64,000 bases of DNA, taken from contig NC_043003.1 in assembly GCF_006345805.1 (NCBI RefSeq), forward strand, positions 66,464,001 through 66,528,000, read 5' to 3'. A program made the position numbers and the translations under genes. The notes beneath the pieces were generated by a model. That model made no database searches and was not told where the DNA came from. It saw only the letters and a list, made by a program, of their open reading frames with translations. Source of the stretch: Octopus sinensis. Its lineage: Eukaryota. Every line of letters begins with the position of its first letter. The first letter of the stretch is position 1. This document shows positions 42,823 to 55,756 of the stretch, piece by piece.

Positions 42823-43000
42823 CAACGTATCAAACATTTAAAAATTAATTATTGGCGTCGCTTTGTTACACTACGGTGCCCCAATATGGCTACAGTCGAT
42901 TGCGTGTAACAAGAAAAAGTATAGTTTTATATTTAAGAGATGAGGAGTTATGTACATTATTTACAATTGACGGATATTTGTCATCATCTAGTTTGTTGTT

Positions 43001-43046
43001 AACACAACGTTTCGGCTGATGTACCCTCCAGCCTTCATCAGGTTTC
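43001..43046 (-). ncRNA. Minimal type I hammerhead motif (left arm)
   Basis: GAAAC-CUGAUGA-A-GGCUG-GAGGGUACAU-CAGCC-GAAAC-GUU-GUGUU, with one stem I mismatch. Confidence 0.75.
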
Positions 43047-43154
43047 TTGGGGGAAATTTCGAACCTGGGTTCTCATTCCTAAGGTATTTTTCGATGTTGT
43101 TGTTATTATTACTATTACTATTATTATTATTATTATTATATTATTATTAGTAGT

Positions 43155-43258
<104 letters not shown>

Positions 43259-43287
43259 CAGCAGCATTCAGGTCACTGCCTGGAATC

Positions 43288-43357
43288 ACGGGCATATGGC
43301 ATAGTGGTTAAGAGCGCGGGCTATTAACTCCAAGATTACGAGTTCGATTCCAGGCAG
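43288..43357 (+). promoter_or_regulatory. tRNA-derived internal Pol III promoter (A and B box); a second head fragment lies at 52236-52273
   Basis: A-box tggcatagtgg and B-box gagttcgattcc, with tRNA-like spacing. Confidence 0.7.
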
Positions 43358-43377
43358 TGAGCTGAATAATAATAACC

Positions 43378-43458
<81 letters not shown>

Positions 43459-43526
43459 TTATAATAATAACAACAACAACGAAAAAATACGTTAGGAATG
43501 AGAATTTAGGTTCGAAATTTCCCCAA

Positions 43527-43572
43527 GACACCTGATGAAGGCTGGAAGGTATATCAGTCGAAACGTTGTGTT
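43527..43572 (+). ncRNA. Minimal type I hammerhead motif (right arm)
   Basis: GACAC-CUGAUGA-A-GGCUG-GAAGGUAUAU-CAGUC-GAAAC-GUU-GUGUU. Stem III is the palindrome AACGUU with no loop. Confidence 0.8.
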
Positions 43573-44510
43573 AACAACAAACAAGATGAAGACAAATATC
43601 CGTCAATTATAAATAATTAAATAAGGTAAGTATAAAAAAATAATTAAAAAATAAAATCAATAAAAGTAATGAGGTATAGAAAAAAGTAGAAAAAGAAAAA
43701 TTGACAATTTTGAAGACGATAATATGATTTTGAGATGACATATTAAAAAAGGACAGCAAAAAACAGTTAAATGTGAGATTGAAACCTGACATGAACAATT
43801 GTTATGAGATATTGATAGAATCTTAAAATAAAGAAGTAAATATGAAGCTTATTAGACAGGAATAAAATACAATGGTAGCGAAGATTGTTAAACAAGGATT
43901 CTATCTGTCTCTTAATAGGCATCATTTATCTGTTGAAATAAACAACAAATTTGATGTATTTTGTAGTGAATTCATTTCTATGTTGATAAGGTGAAATTAC
44001 TTTTTTATAGCAATTAGAGAGAGAAAGCATCGAGAATAACTTTTTTCAAATAAGTCGGAGCTACTATGCTATTTTCTCATCTTTTGTTACAAATTTTCGA
44101 ATTTCCCACTCTGTCATTCATCTCTGAAATAATCATTATCTTATTTTAATTAATATCTTTTCTATCTTGTAAATTTTATTCAGTACTATATTATTATATA
44201 AACTTTTTTGTTTCTATTGACTTTTTTAGTGGACTAACAACACCCGCCCACTCTCTCTTGATACGACTCCTTCTCCCTCTTCCCTTCTTCCGAGCTTTTT
44301 TCGTTTTCTTTTCTATTTTCCCCTTTCGTTCTGCTCCCTGTGCCAAGCGCCTTCTGTTCCTCCGCCCTACGTTTGTATACTTATATATATGTGTATGAAT
44401 ATATACATATACATGCACATATCTATCTACCTATCTTTATAAATATATATATATACATAATACATACCTGTATACATACATACATATATACATACATGCA
44501 TACATACATA

Positions 44511-44715
44511 CCAGGCGCGTTCTAAACGAAGCCGACCTTTAGTCATAAAAAAGAGTTTTTGTGCATTTCACAAATTTTATTTAATCACATTTAAAATAAT
44601 CCTCTTGGGAATTCACTGCTCTCAGCGGTTATGTGAACCGCCTTACTGTACCGGGTAAATCCGGGGGTTAATTCTCTGTCGTAGGCTAACTTGGATGGAG
44701 GGACTACGTGTTATG
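44511..44715 (-). mobile_element. Mariner 3' end with TIR
   Basis: Minus strand gives ...NSQEDYFKCD* (like the SQGDYFEGD* terminus), then ggtcggcttcgtttagaacgcgcctgg-TA. Confidence 0.55.
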
Positions 44716-45781
44716 ACTTTTTATTAGTTTCTTCATTCTAGGTAGGCACAGGCTTGACTATGTTGTAATTTCGTTTCCCAACTACTTAGTTCCGGGTTCA
44801 GTGTCATTGCATTGCACATTGGGCAAGTGTCTTCTACTATAGCCGTGAGCCAAAAAAGCCTTGTCAGTGAATTTGGTAGAGAGAAGCTGAAAGAAGCCTG
44901 TCCAAACGACGAGGTTGATAGAATTTCTTTATTTTCTGTACTAAGGGTACCATTGGTTTCATGTTAAGGAGAATATCTTAATATCTTAACAAGTTTTCAA
45001 GCCGATATCATGGACGAATGGTGTTTGTTTACATTTTGGATAAAAACACAAAGTCACGTGAATTTGCAGAAATTCTCGTAAAGAAAATAATAAATCAAGG
45101 GGTGCTACTCTTGGATGACATCTTGTGAGTGGTCATCTCCTTTGGATTTGAATTTTAGGGATACATACAAAAATACATATACTAGCAAGCCATCGGTTAC
45201 GATGACAAGGGTCCCATTTCATCCAATCATGGAACAGCCTGCTCGTGAAGTTAACGCGCAAGTGGCTGAATACACCACAAACGCGCATACACTTAACGTA
45301 GTTCTGAGGGAGATCAATGTGATACAAAATGTGACAAGGCTGGCCCTTTGAATTACTGGTACAACTCATTTTTGTCAGCCGAATGGAGTGGAGCAACATG
45401 AAATGAAATGGCTTGCTCAAGGACATAACGCGTCGCCGAGGATCGAACACGCAATCTTACGATCGTGAACCGATTACCCTAACCACAAGGTCAAGCATCT
45501 TCACACACACACACACACACAGAGTATCAAGCTTATACCAAACTAACTGAAGCATTATATAGGAGCAGGCGCAGCTGTGTCGGAAGATGTTTCTTTCTCA
45601 CTCACATGATTCCGGGTTCAGTCCCACAGCGTGTGTGCGTGCATGTGTGTGTGTATGTGCGTACGTGTGTGCATATATATATATATATATATATAAAGAA
45701 ACACTCATTATCACTATGGGCTCCGTGCGGGCAGTCATCTAAAAGTTTTTGTGCATCTTGATGCTGACATAAATTCCTTAC

Positions 45782-45864
45782 TTTTCCTGATGAGAAGGCG
45801 GCATAATGCACCCCTTATTCCTTCGAAATTAAGAATATGCAGCCTTCGAAACATATGTCGAAAA
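45782..45864 (+). ncRNA. Intact type I hammerhead ribozyme motif with canonical GUC site
   Basis: UUUUC-CUGAUGA-GAAGGCGGCAUA-(30 nt)-UAUGCAGCCUUC-GAAAC-AUAU-GUC-GAAAA. Stem II is 11/12 bp and stem III is the palindrome ACAUAUGU. Confidence 0.88.
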
Positions 45865-45910
45865 TAAAATAAAGGAATTTTGTTAATTCGTCGTTCAACT
45901 CCATTCTTTC

Positions 45911-45950
<40 letters not shown>

Positions 45951-47448
45951 CGAGCCATGCATGAGCGTAGCTTAGAAAATGTTATTTGCGAGACTGCCGA
46001 GATTTTGAGCTTTGTTGACACTGGCATTTTTGTTGTTGCTTTTGTGTTGGTAATCTCCTCCTATCCTCATCCTCTCCTTCTTCGTCTTCTTTCTATTTTT
46101 TTATTTTTGTTTGTGCTGCTGTTGATAGGGGTGGTGGTCGTGATGGCGGTCTTGTTCTTGATGTAGTTTTATGTTGATTTTTTTTTGTTAGATACGTTGC
46201 GTGTAATTACAAGACAACAGATGCCCATCAGACATTTAACACAGCAAACTTTATAGAGATTACTTGGCTAATGATGATGATGAAATGATGGTTGGAGAAA
46301 GAAGGCATGGTTCTCTGTATGTATCTATTCGTGTCTGTATGTGTGTAAGTGTGAGCATATATGTAGGCGTATGTGTATAGTTCTCTACTATTATGTGACC
46401 AGCCTATACTAAACTGTGCACATACACACACATACACACGTGAGAGCACACACACTCACACACACACACGCATATAAACAAAGAGACATAGCACTCACAG
46501 ACACACATACACTTACATATATACATATACAACGGGCTTCCACACAGTTTTCGTCGAATAAAATTATTCACAAGCACTGGTCGGCCCGGGACTATAATGG
46601 GAGACATTTGCCCTAGGTGCATTGAAGTGGAACTGAACTCGAAGCCACGTGGCTCCAAAGCGATCCTCTTAACCGACCACACAGCCAAGCCTGAGCCTAT
46701 TTGATTGTTTTTGAGTCGATTTTAATTCTTTTTTTAAATGTCTTTATTTCTTATTCTGGCAACAACAAAAAGATGTATTTACAAGATATCAGACATATTG
46801 GGTTTCTTGGTAGTTCATTTTTCTGCTTTTCTTAATCCACTCGACACAAAATAAATAAATGAATAAATAAATAATAAAAATTGTAAAAAATAAAAAAAAC
46901 AACTGAAGAAAATATATTCATCTTGTTCTCCTTCTATGCCCCCCCCCACCACCAATTAGAATATAAGATATGAACCTCATCTCCGTTGTTGACGCAGCAT
47001 TTAAAAAATTCGGGATCCTTTTCACTCTCTTCAAAGCTTCATTTAATTCAAGGCTCTCTAAAAGTAAACAAAACCTACATCTATGCCAAGCAATTAATAT
47101 CTCTACGCTCTACTGGCCTTTTCTATTAGAGATTTTTTTTTTCTTTTTGTAGCTCTCTATTGATCTATATTCACATCACATCGCCGCTCTACAACGTCTA
47201 AAAAAAATAATCAAATACGAGTAAACACGAGTGTTTGCATATACAAGTTCTCATACATACACAGAATGCACAGACGTACACACACTTAGGCAAACATCAT
47301 CGGAACTATAGGCGTAGCATAGACATTACTCAAACGGGCAAGCCAAAGTGAATATTCGCGAACGAGCTGTGTGCACATATATGAATAGTGTGTTTGTTTG
47401 TTTGTGTGGGTGGTAGTGGTGGTTGCGGTGGTATATGTGCGTGAATAA

Positions 47449-47504
<56 letters not shown>

Positions 47505-47771
47505 TGTATGTATATATATATATACACATTTATAATATTTAAAAGCGCAATACATATATGTGTATAAATGTGTGTGTTTTTGTGTTTGTTTACGCGTGTG
47601 TGTACATAAGTATGCATGCGTACATGTATATCTGTATATGTGGGTATAAATGAAGTGGACATCAATCAATGCATAGCTATTGAAGAAAACAGACACACAC
47701 AAACACACACTTACACACATATATACATATATGCATACGCACACACACACACACACACACCACACACACAC

Positions 47772-47810
<39 letters not shown>

Positions 47811-47987
47811 TAAGTATACGTATGTATACGTACATACATACAGACATGTATGAATATATATATACATATATATACATATATATATATGTATATATATATA
47901 TGTATAAGGGTGAAAAGGAACACACGAGTTGATATATATGAAAAAACAAGTCAAGATAGAGAATGCTAAAATAATTTTATAAAGAAC

Positions 47988-48033
47988 GTTTCAGCACCGG
48001 TTTCGGTCATTTTGAGACCTTTTCAACTGTAAC
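47988..48033 (-). ncRNA. Hammerhead motif with U3-A8 core covariation (GUG site, probably inactive copy)
   Basis: GUUACAG-UUGAAAA-GGUC-UCAAAAU-GACC-GAAAC-CG-GUG-CUGAAAC. Stem I is 6/7 bp and stem III is the palindrome ACCGGU. Confidence 0.7.
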
Positions 48034-48165
48034 GCCATAGCGTCGACTGTGGGCCGGTAGCTGTGTACAGTCGCCCAATGGCGCCCAGAGCGAGCTCTGG
48101 TCGCCATAGAGTCGACTGTGGGCCGGTAGCTGTGTACAGTCACCCCAATGGCGCCCAGAGCGAGC
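48033..48165. repeat. GC-rich ~69-bp tandem repeat (2 units) abutting the hammerhead
   Basis: cgccatag(c/a)gtcgactgtgggccggtagctgtgtacagtc...cccagagcgagc occurs twice. Confidence 0.9.
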
Positions 48166-49869
48166 GTGTACATATTACAAGGACCCTAAGTAAGACATGA
48201 ATGTAATTGGTTTTGTAGTTCTCATGTTTTAGGGATTCACACAGACAGACACACATTTCATGCTAAGTAAATAACACAGTGGGACAGAACCCAGGACCAT
48301 GTGTTTTGGAAGGAAGTTTGTTACCTCACAGCCATACCTGCATCTATGTATGTGTGTGTGTATGTGTGTATGGATGTATATATGTATGCATGTATATATG
48401 TGAATATATATATGTGTGTACATATTACATGTACATCTACACATATAGATGTATATGTATACATGTATACATATACATCTATATGTATAGAAATAAATGT
48501 ATACCTATACAGCTATACAAATAGACACACACATATATATGTGCAGGTGTGGCTGTGTGGTAACAAACTTCGTTCCAAAACACATGGTCCTGGGTTTAAA
48601 TTTAAAATAATAACGGTGAGAAATTGAATATTATTTGATTAATATGAATTGAAAACCAGTGGTGTACCATATAAGACCATAGCGGATATTCTTCTAGCAA
48701 AATGGACGTCCACTGTTAATGGTTCATCCCTCTTATATAATAGTTTGACTTTAATAGTTTCAGTATTAAAGTAAAAGTATCTGACATTACAATAGAGAGA
48801 TGTTTTTGTTTCACTTTTAACACGTAATACTGAAATAGTGGAGAAGATATGATATTACTGTGGGCTCGCCGTGGGCAGGAAGTTAGAAATGTTTTGCCCA
48901 TGACACACCTGGACCCTGAGTAAGGCATGTGTAAAATTTGAATGAAATTGGTTGTCTAGTTCTCAAGTTCAAGTTCAGAGAGACAGACACACACACACAC
49001 ATTGTCAGTTTTATACATAGAGATTGTTGCATGTTATTGTATTAGCGAAAGATTGTCTTCGACATAAACGAGACGGTTTCTTTAAATAATTTTTTATGTT
49101 TATTCATAATATATTACGTTATAATATGAATAAAAGTTTGTTTGTCTGGTTTTGGCATTGGAACGGGTTCAAGGCCAATAGATCCCGTGGGATTGATTCC
49201 AAAATTTACAAGGACATGTAAAATGAGGTGAGGATGCGAGTGGGCTAGGTTAGCAATCCCCATCTTAAAAGGTGTCGTTGCTAGCGCCAAAAACGCACTT
49301 TGACAAGTTTACTCACATTCTTTTATGTATCTGTCTTCCTCCATCACTCACTCTCTTTCCTCCCTTTCTTTCAATTTCTATATATAACGTCGTTTCACAG
49401 CGTCCTATCTCTCCCCCACCCCGCCTTCGACAGCGATTTCACTCTCTCTCCCTACGTCTGTCTGCATTCATAGAGAGAAATATCATCGCCACCACCACCA
49501 CCACCATCACAATCATGAGAAAAAATATTATGAATCATATATTTATTGGGCTAATTTGTATATGTGTGTGTGTGTGTTTTATATATAAATATGTATATAT
49601 GATGTATATATACAAAGTGTATATATCTGTATTTATGTATATTAAACTTTTTAATACATTTTGATAGATATATATATTTAAAAAAAATTATAAATATCAA
49701 TTAATAATTTTAATTTTGAATTTAAATAATTTAAATTTTTTAATTTTATATTTTATATATTTTGTATATTATATTTTTATTTCGATGTTTTGGTTTATGT
49801 TTTTCGCTGTTTGATTTGCCTAACAGTGGTTTTATCCCATATATATATATATATGTGTGTGTGTGGTGT

Positions 49870-49930
<61 letters not shown>

Positions 49931-49941
49931 CTGTGTGTGTG

Positions 49942-49977
<36 letters not shown>

Positions 49978-50011
49978 TTGTATACATTTGTATATATAAT
50001 GTGTATATATA

Positions 50012-50029
<18 letters not shown>

Positions 50030-50052
<23 letters not shown>

Positions 50053-50930
50053 GTGTGCATTATGTGGTCGGTTGTGCTGAAAATATGCACACCTACGTTA
50101 AAAGTGCTGGCGAGTTTGCATGGCAACTATTTTTTTCCTCAAATGAAAGGCGTGACCTCTAGGACAAAATTCCTCATCTTGTAAAATGTGGCCCGAGTAG
50201 ACCCGAATGAAATCGGCTTATATTAACCAAAATGTGAAAAGAGGTCTAAATGGGTCTTGAAGGGGAATAAAATTTACAGGAGCGGGTGTTTAGGAATTCT
50301 CTGTTACATCAAGCTAAAAAATTTGCGCCAGCCTTTAAATCGTCAATGTGTTGCCGTCCATGATGAAGTTTTGAATGCTTGCCATGGTGAGTCTATGGTC
50401 GTGACAAAGAATCACTTCAAAGCTTGGTGTTTAGGAATTTTCTTTTACATCAAGTGTAAAATTTTACGACAGCCGCTAAACTGCCACTACGTTGCTGTCC
50501 GTCGTTAAGAAATGCCAGCCATGGTGACTCTGCTATCCTCAGATTCAATCCCTTCAAACTTTGGTTTCCAATATTTTTTTTTATTTTTATTCAGCTCGCA
50601 AGTTCGTCTGTCCCTTTTAAATGTTAGTGTTTTACTGTCTGCCTTGAAGCAGACCTTTCCGTTGTCACTGCCTGATATTTATGATTGATCTTTTAAAATA
50701 TTTCCTTTCTCAACTTACTGAAGATTTTTTGTTGTTTATAAATGGGAGAGAGAGATAGAGAAAGATAGAGTAAGAGAAAGCGAGGGAGAGTCCAAGAGAA
50801 AGGAAGAGTAAGAGAGTGGGAAAGTGAGAGAGAAACGAAGAGGGAGAATGTGGTGATAAAAACAGAAAGGAAGCAACAGAGAGTAACAACCACACTCTTA
50901 CCCGCGCGTAGAGCGGGTCACCTTAGGCTA

Positions 50931-50932
<2 letters not shown>
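50030..50932 (-). mobile_element. DINE/HINE-like (Helentron-associated) non-autonomous element with ~141-bp internal tandem repeat
   Basis: Minus strand starts TACTAGC...GACCCGCTCTACGCGCGGGT (sub-terminal hairpin). Repeat units start at 50286 and 50427. The left boundary is approximate. Confidence 0.45.
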
Positions 50933-50977
<45 letters not shown>

Positions 50978-50980
<3 letters not shown>

Positions 50981-51730
50981 TAGCATTAAAGACCCGTCGT
51001 TGCCGGGTCATACTGCTAGTGCATGTATATATGTGTATATATATATGTGTACATATTACATGTGCATCTATATATATATATACATCTACACATAAAATGC
51101 AAAATACAAAGTTATATCTTGTTATCGCTAGTGATAACAATACTCAAAATATATAACAGACTGGAATTGTTAGCTCTTCTTTTTCCTCTACAGTGTATAC
51201 TTTATAGACAATAGTCTTTTCTTTGATTTAATTTTTTATTATCCATCTGGACTATTCCATTTCTGCACGCTAATTTTATTTCTAATTTATTACCATTCAT
51301 GTGAAACCACTTACTGAAGTTCAAATCATTGATGCAATTTTATACCAATTACTATTTTTAGTTTTTGTTATGTTACGATTATATTATACTTTAGTTTGAT
51401 TTTAATTATTACTTACTACATATAATTCAATTGTTATTATTATTTTTATTGTTAAAGTGAAAGCATCTGACATAAAATAGAGAAATATTTTTGTTTCACT
51501 TTTAACACGTAATACTGAAATAGTGGAGAAGAAGATATGATATTGCTATGGGCTCGCTCTAGGCAAGAAGTTGAACAGTTTTTTTGCCGATGACACACCC
51601 TAGACCCTAAGTAAGGCATGTGTAAAATTTGAATGAAATTGGTTGTGTAGTTCTCAAGTTTTAGGGAAACACACAGACAGACAAACAGACAGACACACAC
51701 ACACATTCTCAGTTTTATATATATAAAGAT
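50978..51730 (+). mobile_element. DINE/HINE-like element (partial second copy at ~48740-49025)
   Basis: Starts TACTAGC...GACCCGTCGTTGCCGGGTC and ends aaatttgaatgaaattggttgtgtagttctc...(acag)n(ac)n...ttttatatatat. 51455-51730 matches 48760-49025. Confidence 0.55.
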
Positions 51731-52863
51731 ATATGGAAACAGTTGTGTATCTGTGAGATGAATGCTTCTAGAAGACACACGTGCTTTCATTGTATTAGCA
51801 TCATCTCGAAAAGATCTTTTCTCGAAATAGATTTGTTTTTTTATAATTCCAAGCTATTGTCTGCCATCTTTGAACATTTACAAAACACGAGGTATGGTGA
51901 ACATCGAGATTATTGTAAATAAATTCCGTATATCTTAAATTCAAAGCACATATCTTTGGAATTCGAATTGTTTTCGCAAAAGTTATTCACAATTTGGTAT
52001 TTAAAGTTTAAATCAGAAAATTGGACAAGGTAATCTTACTTTGCAACCTCGTGGCTTCGTGTTCAAGCTCACCGCGCGGCAATTTATGGGCGCGACTCCC
52101 GTGTCGACCAATGTCTCATAAGCAAATTTGGTTGCCAGCAATCGTGTGGAAGCGCGTCGTTTATATGTTTGTATATACATGATTGTGTGTGTGTGGTTAT
52201 GTATATAAGTCCTAAAATTCACTCCATAATGCACCCACGAGCATATGGCGTAGTGGTTAAGAGCGCGGGACTAGGAAGTTTTTGCTCCAATTTTCAAAAC
52301 TATAAGAAAAATACAACTACAAAAATAACATAAACAGTACGAAAAAATACTTTTAGGTGTGACAAATGGTACCGGTTCCAGTTCTACTGCATGGCACCTA
52401 GAGCGTTTGTCGACCCGGGGCAGTCGCCTAAAAGTTGTCACGGGTCGATCAAAGCCTTGTGAATGGATTTGATAGACGGTAGAAGCTTGCTTCCCGATCA
52501 TATATCCTTATTATTGACCCAGAATGGCTATAGGATTCGAATTCAGATTGCAGGCACCCGCAGTGATAAACGCATAATATTCTTCCTGAAAACAGAAAAA
52601 ATAAAATGAGTCTAGAAATATAACAAATTCGCGTTCCTGCACGAATGGCAACGCCATAAAACAGGAATCAAAACTAGCGTTGGTGTGTGGTTAGAAGCTT
52701 GATTCCCAACCACATGGTTCCATGTTCAATCTCACTGCATGGCAACTACGATGAGCGTCTTTTGTAAGTTCCTCAGGCTGAGTCAAAGCCTTGTGAATGG
52801 AAGAAGACAGATGGTGTACACAACAAACAGATGTATTAGTTTAACGCTCGGGAAGTGAAAAAG

Positions 52864-52900
52864 TCTTTAACGTTCGAGCCTCCACTCTTCCACAGAAAGA
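52864..52900 (-). ncRNA. Second CUGUGGA hammerhead-like copy (one A lost from GAAA)
   Basis: UCUUU-CUGUGGA-A-GAGU-GGAG-GCUC-GAAC-GUU-AAAGA. Confidence 0.5.
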
Positions 52901-52920
52901 AATTTATATGTATATATATA

Positions 52921-53125
52921 ATAGTGTACATTTAAACACAAGAGAAAACTGCCTTAAACAGGCAGTTTTTACACGCTAGAAGAAGTCAAAACGACCAGTT
53001 TTTTCTTTTTCATTCCTTTTGAAGATTACTCTTAAAATGTGATTTTGATCGTTTTGACTACTTCTTCTAGCGTGTAGAAACTGCCTGTTGAAGGCAGTTT
53101 TCTCTTGTGTTTCAATGTACACTAT
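52921..53125. repeat. Fold-back palindrome, same family as 11491-11775
   Basis: atagtgtacatttaaacacaagagaaaactgcc... pairs with ...ggcagttttctcttgtgtttcaatgtacactat. Confidence 0.85.
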
Positions 53126-53226
53126 TTTATATTAAGATATTGTCTATTGACTTTTTATACATGCTACGCCACTGGTAGGGACATTTCCCCCCCCCCCAAA
53201 AAAAAACTCATAACTATACTTTACGT

Positions 53227-53304
<78 letters not shown>

Positions 53305-53549
53305 TGTGTGTAAGTATATATATATACACACATATATATATATATGTATGTGTTTGCGTGTTCGTCTCTCCTTGTTTGACAACCGCTGCTGATGCGTTTA
53401 CGCCCCCGTAATCCAGCGTTTCGGGAAAAGAGACCGATAGAATATGTACTAAGTTTACCAAGACTATTACTGGAGTATACGATTTGGTCTACTAAAAGTG
53501 GTGCTCCAGCATGACTGAAGTTAAATGACTGAAACAAGTAAAAGAAAAA

Positions 53550-53616
<67 letters not shown>

Positions 53617-53628
53617 TATATATGTATG

Positions 53629-53672
<44 letters not shown>

Positions 53673-53678
53673 ATATAT

Positions 53679-55005
53679 AAACTTAGATAAACTTAGATAT
53701 GTTTCGACCATGCAATGTCCAGGCCATGTCTAACTTAATAGCACCACCTGATAGGATTATCTAAATCCTGTTTAAGTCAAGTTTTGTTTGTGGTTCATTC
53801 AAGTAGTGAGTTTTTGTTGGGTGAGTTGTATCCAATTATGGATGGCGTATCTGGTATTCCTTGAAGGAATCTATCCAGACTCCGTTTAAAGTTGATGGAA
53901 TCCTTTTTCTCTTTGATATCTTTCGGGACAATGTTAAATAGGGCGGTGCCTGTTGAGGAAAAGAAATTATGTTGCAGTGTACATATATGCTGTGATCCTG
54001 AATTGGGCAGGGGACTATGGCCCGTTGTCCCAGTCTTGGATGAACCTTGAAGCTAATGTTCAGGTCATTTGGGCAAAGTTTGCGGTATATTCTCCACATC
54101 GTACAAATGATGTACCGCTCACAGCGGCGCTGGAGAGAGTAGAGTTTCAAGGCTTTAAGGCGGTCCCAATAATCGAGAGCAGCCATGCTTCAATTCGTTT
54201 AGTGAGTGCCCTCTGGGGTGATTAAATCCTCGTGATGTTTTGTCTTGTATGAGGAGACCACAGTGGGCAGCAGTATTCGAGGTGTGGCCGTACAAAGGAG
54301 GAGAAAGTGGTATGATGACACCTTGTTCTCTGGACCGGAAGCTTCTTAAGATCCAAGAACTCATCCTACGAGCTATATCGACCTTATTGTTGATGTGGGC
54401 ACTCCAACTAAGATTGTCATCAACAATTATGCCAAGGTCTCTGATATTGTTAGAGGCTGTGAGCGGTTCCTCTGAAGGAAGAGATTATGGCTGTTTTAGG
54501 GTGGACTTTCTTCCAAAATGCATCAGCTCAAATTTTCCCTCGTTCAGTTGCATTTTGTTTCTACCTGCCCATTGACTCACAGCATATAGATCAGACTGGT
54601 TTTGAGTTCGGTCTGCTTCTTCATTGAGGATTTGCTGGAGCAAATATTTTCACTTTGCAGTAATGTACGACACTGGAAAGGTCGTTTATATAAATTATAA
54701 AGAGGAGCGGGCCCAAGACAGTCCCCTGGGGACACCGCTGGTGACTTTTGCTGGGCTTGAGTGAACTCTATCGACTACAACATGTGTTCTATTCGCCAGG
54801 AAATACTTAATCCAGTGTAGAAGTTTTCCACGAATTCCAACATTTGCCAATTTTGAGAGTAGGATATTATGGTCAACCCTGTCGAACGCTTTACTGAAGT
54901 CAAGATATATGACATCAGAGTTCGAACCTGTTCCCAAGGCTTTAAGTATATCTTCAATGTGGTGTAAGAGCTGTGTTAGACAGTCCCTGCGTACTGATGG
55001 CGATT
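53679..55005 (-). mobile_element. CR1/L2-like LINE, 5'-truncated, frameshifted RT and 3' end
   Basis: DVIYLDFSKAFDRVDH, SGVPQGTVLGPLLFIIYINDL, FA(DD deleted), NIRDLGIIVD and YWDRLKALKLYSLQRR. The tail is the tandem (tatctaagtt)2. Confidence 0.9.
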
Positions 55006-55339
55006 TGTTCGACTACCCACCACCGCCTTCAAGACGCTTCTTTTATGTGTACCTACACATAACAGATGCATGTGTTGTGTGTGTTTGAGTGCAAGTGTGA
55101 GATTTAGAATGTCCAGTCCTACACAGAGGTTAGCGATTTGAAACTGGGCAATAAACCTCGGACTTTGCTTGTAGGCGAATTATCGCAAAACATAACAGCG
55201 TAAAAGCAAAAATCGTCAGTTTGAATAAGCACATACACACGTACGCACAAACAGGCGCGAACACCATACACACACATGTGATATGCATGTATGCAATTAT
55301 GCAGCCGTGGGTGGTTTCGTGTAAATATATATATATATA

Positions 55340-55388
<49 letters not shown>

Positions 55389-55725
55389 AGGTGTGTGCGT
55401 AAGCACACATGATTGCATAATTATACATATGTGTGTGTGTGTGTGTTTGGGGGTGTGCCTGTATGCATGTCTATCTACGTGTGCGTGTGTGTGTTCTTGT
55501 GATCTTGGCATCCATGACAAGGTGTATATATGCCTATGCGCGCAGAATCTCACGGATTAAATTGCACCACGCACATACTCAAACACATAGGATACACATC
55601 CGCTAGCACTCAACCATGGACGCTCCTCACTTGAATAATAACTCACTTTTCTCTTCTACCTCTCATGCGTACCATTCTCTATCACTCTCTTACCCTTTCC
55701 TCTTCCCTACTTCCCACTCTCTCTA

Positions 55726-55756
<31 letters not shown>

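Noticed and set aside
43288-43357. Functional tRNA gene
   Set aside because: The acceptor stem does not pair and it runs directly into repeat sequence; treated as a SINE head.
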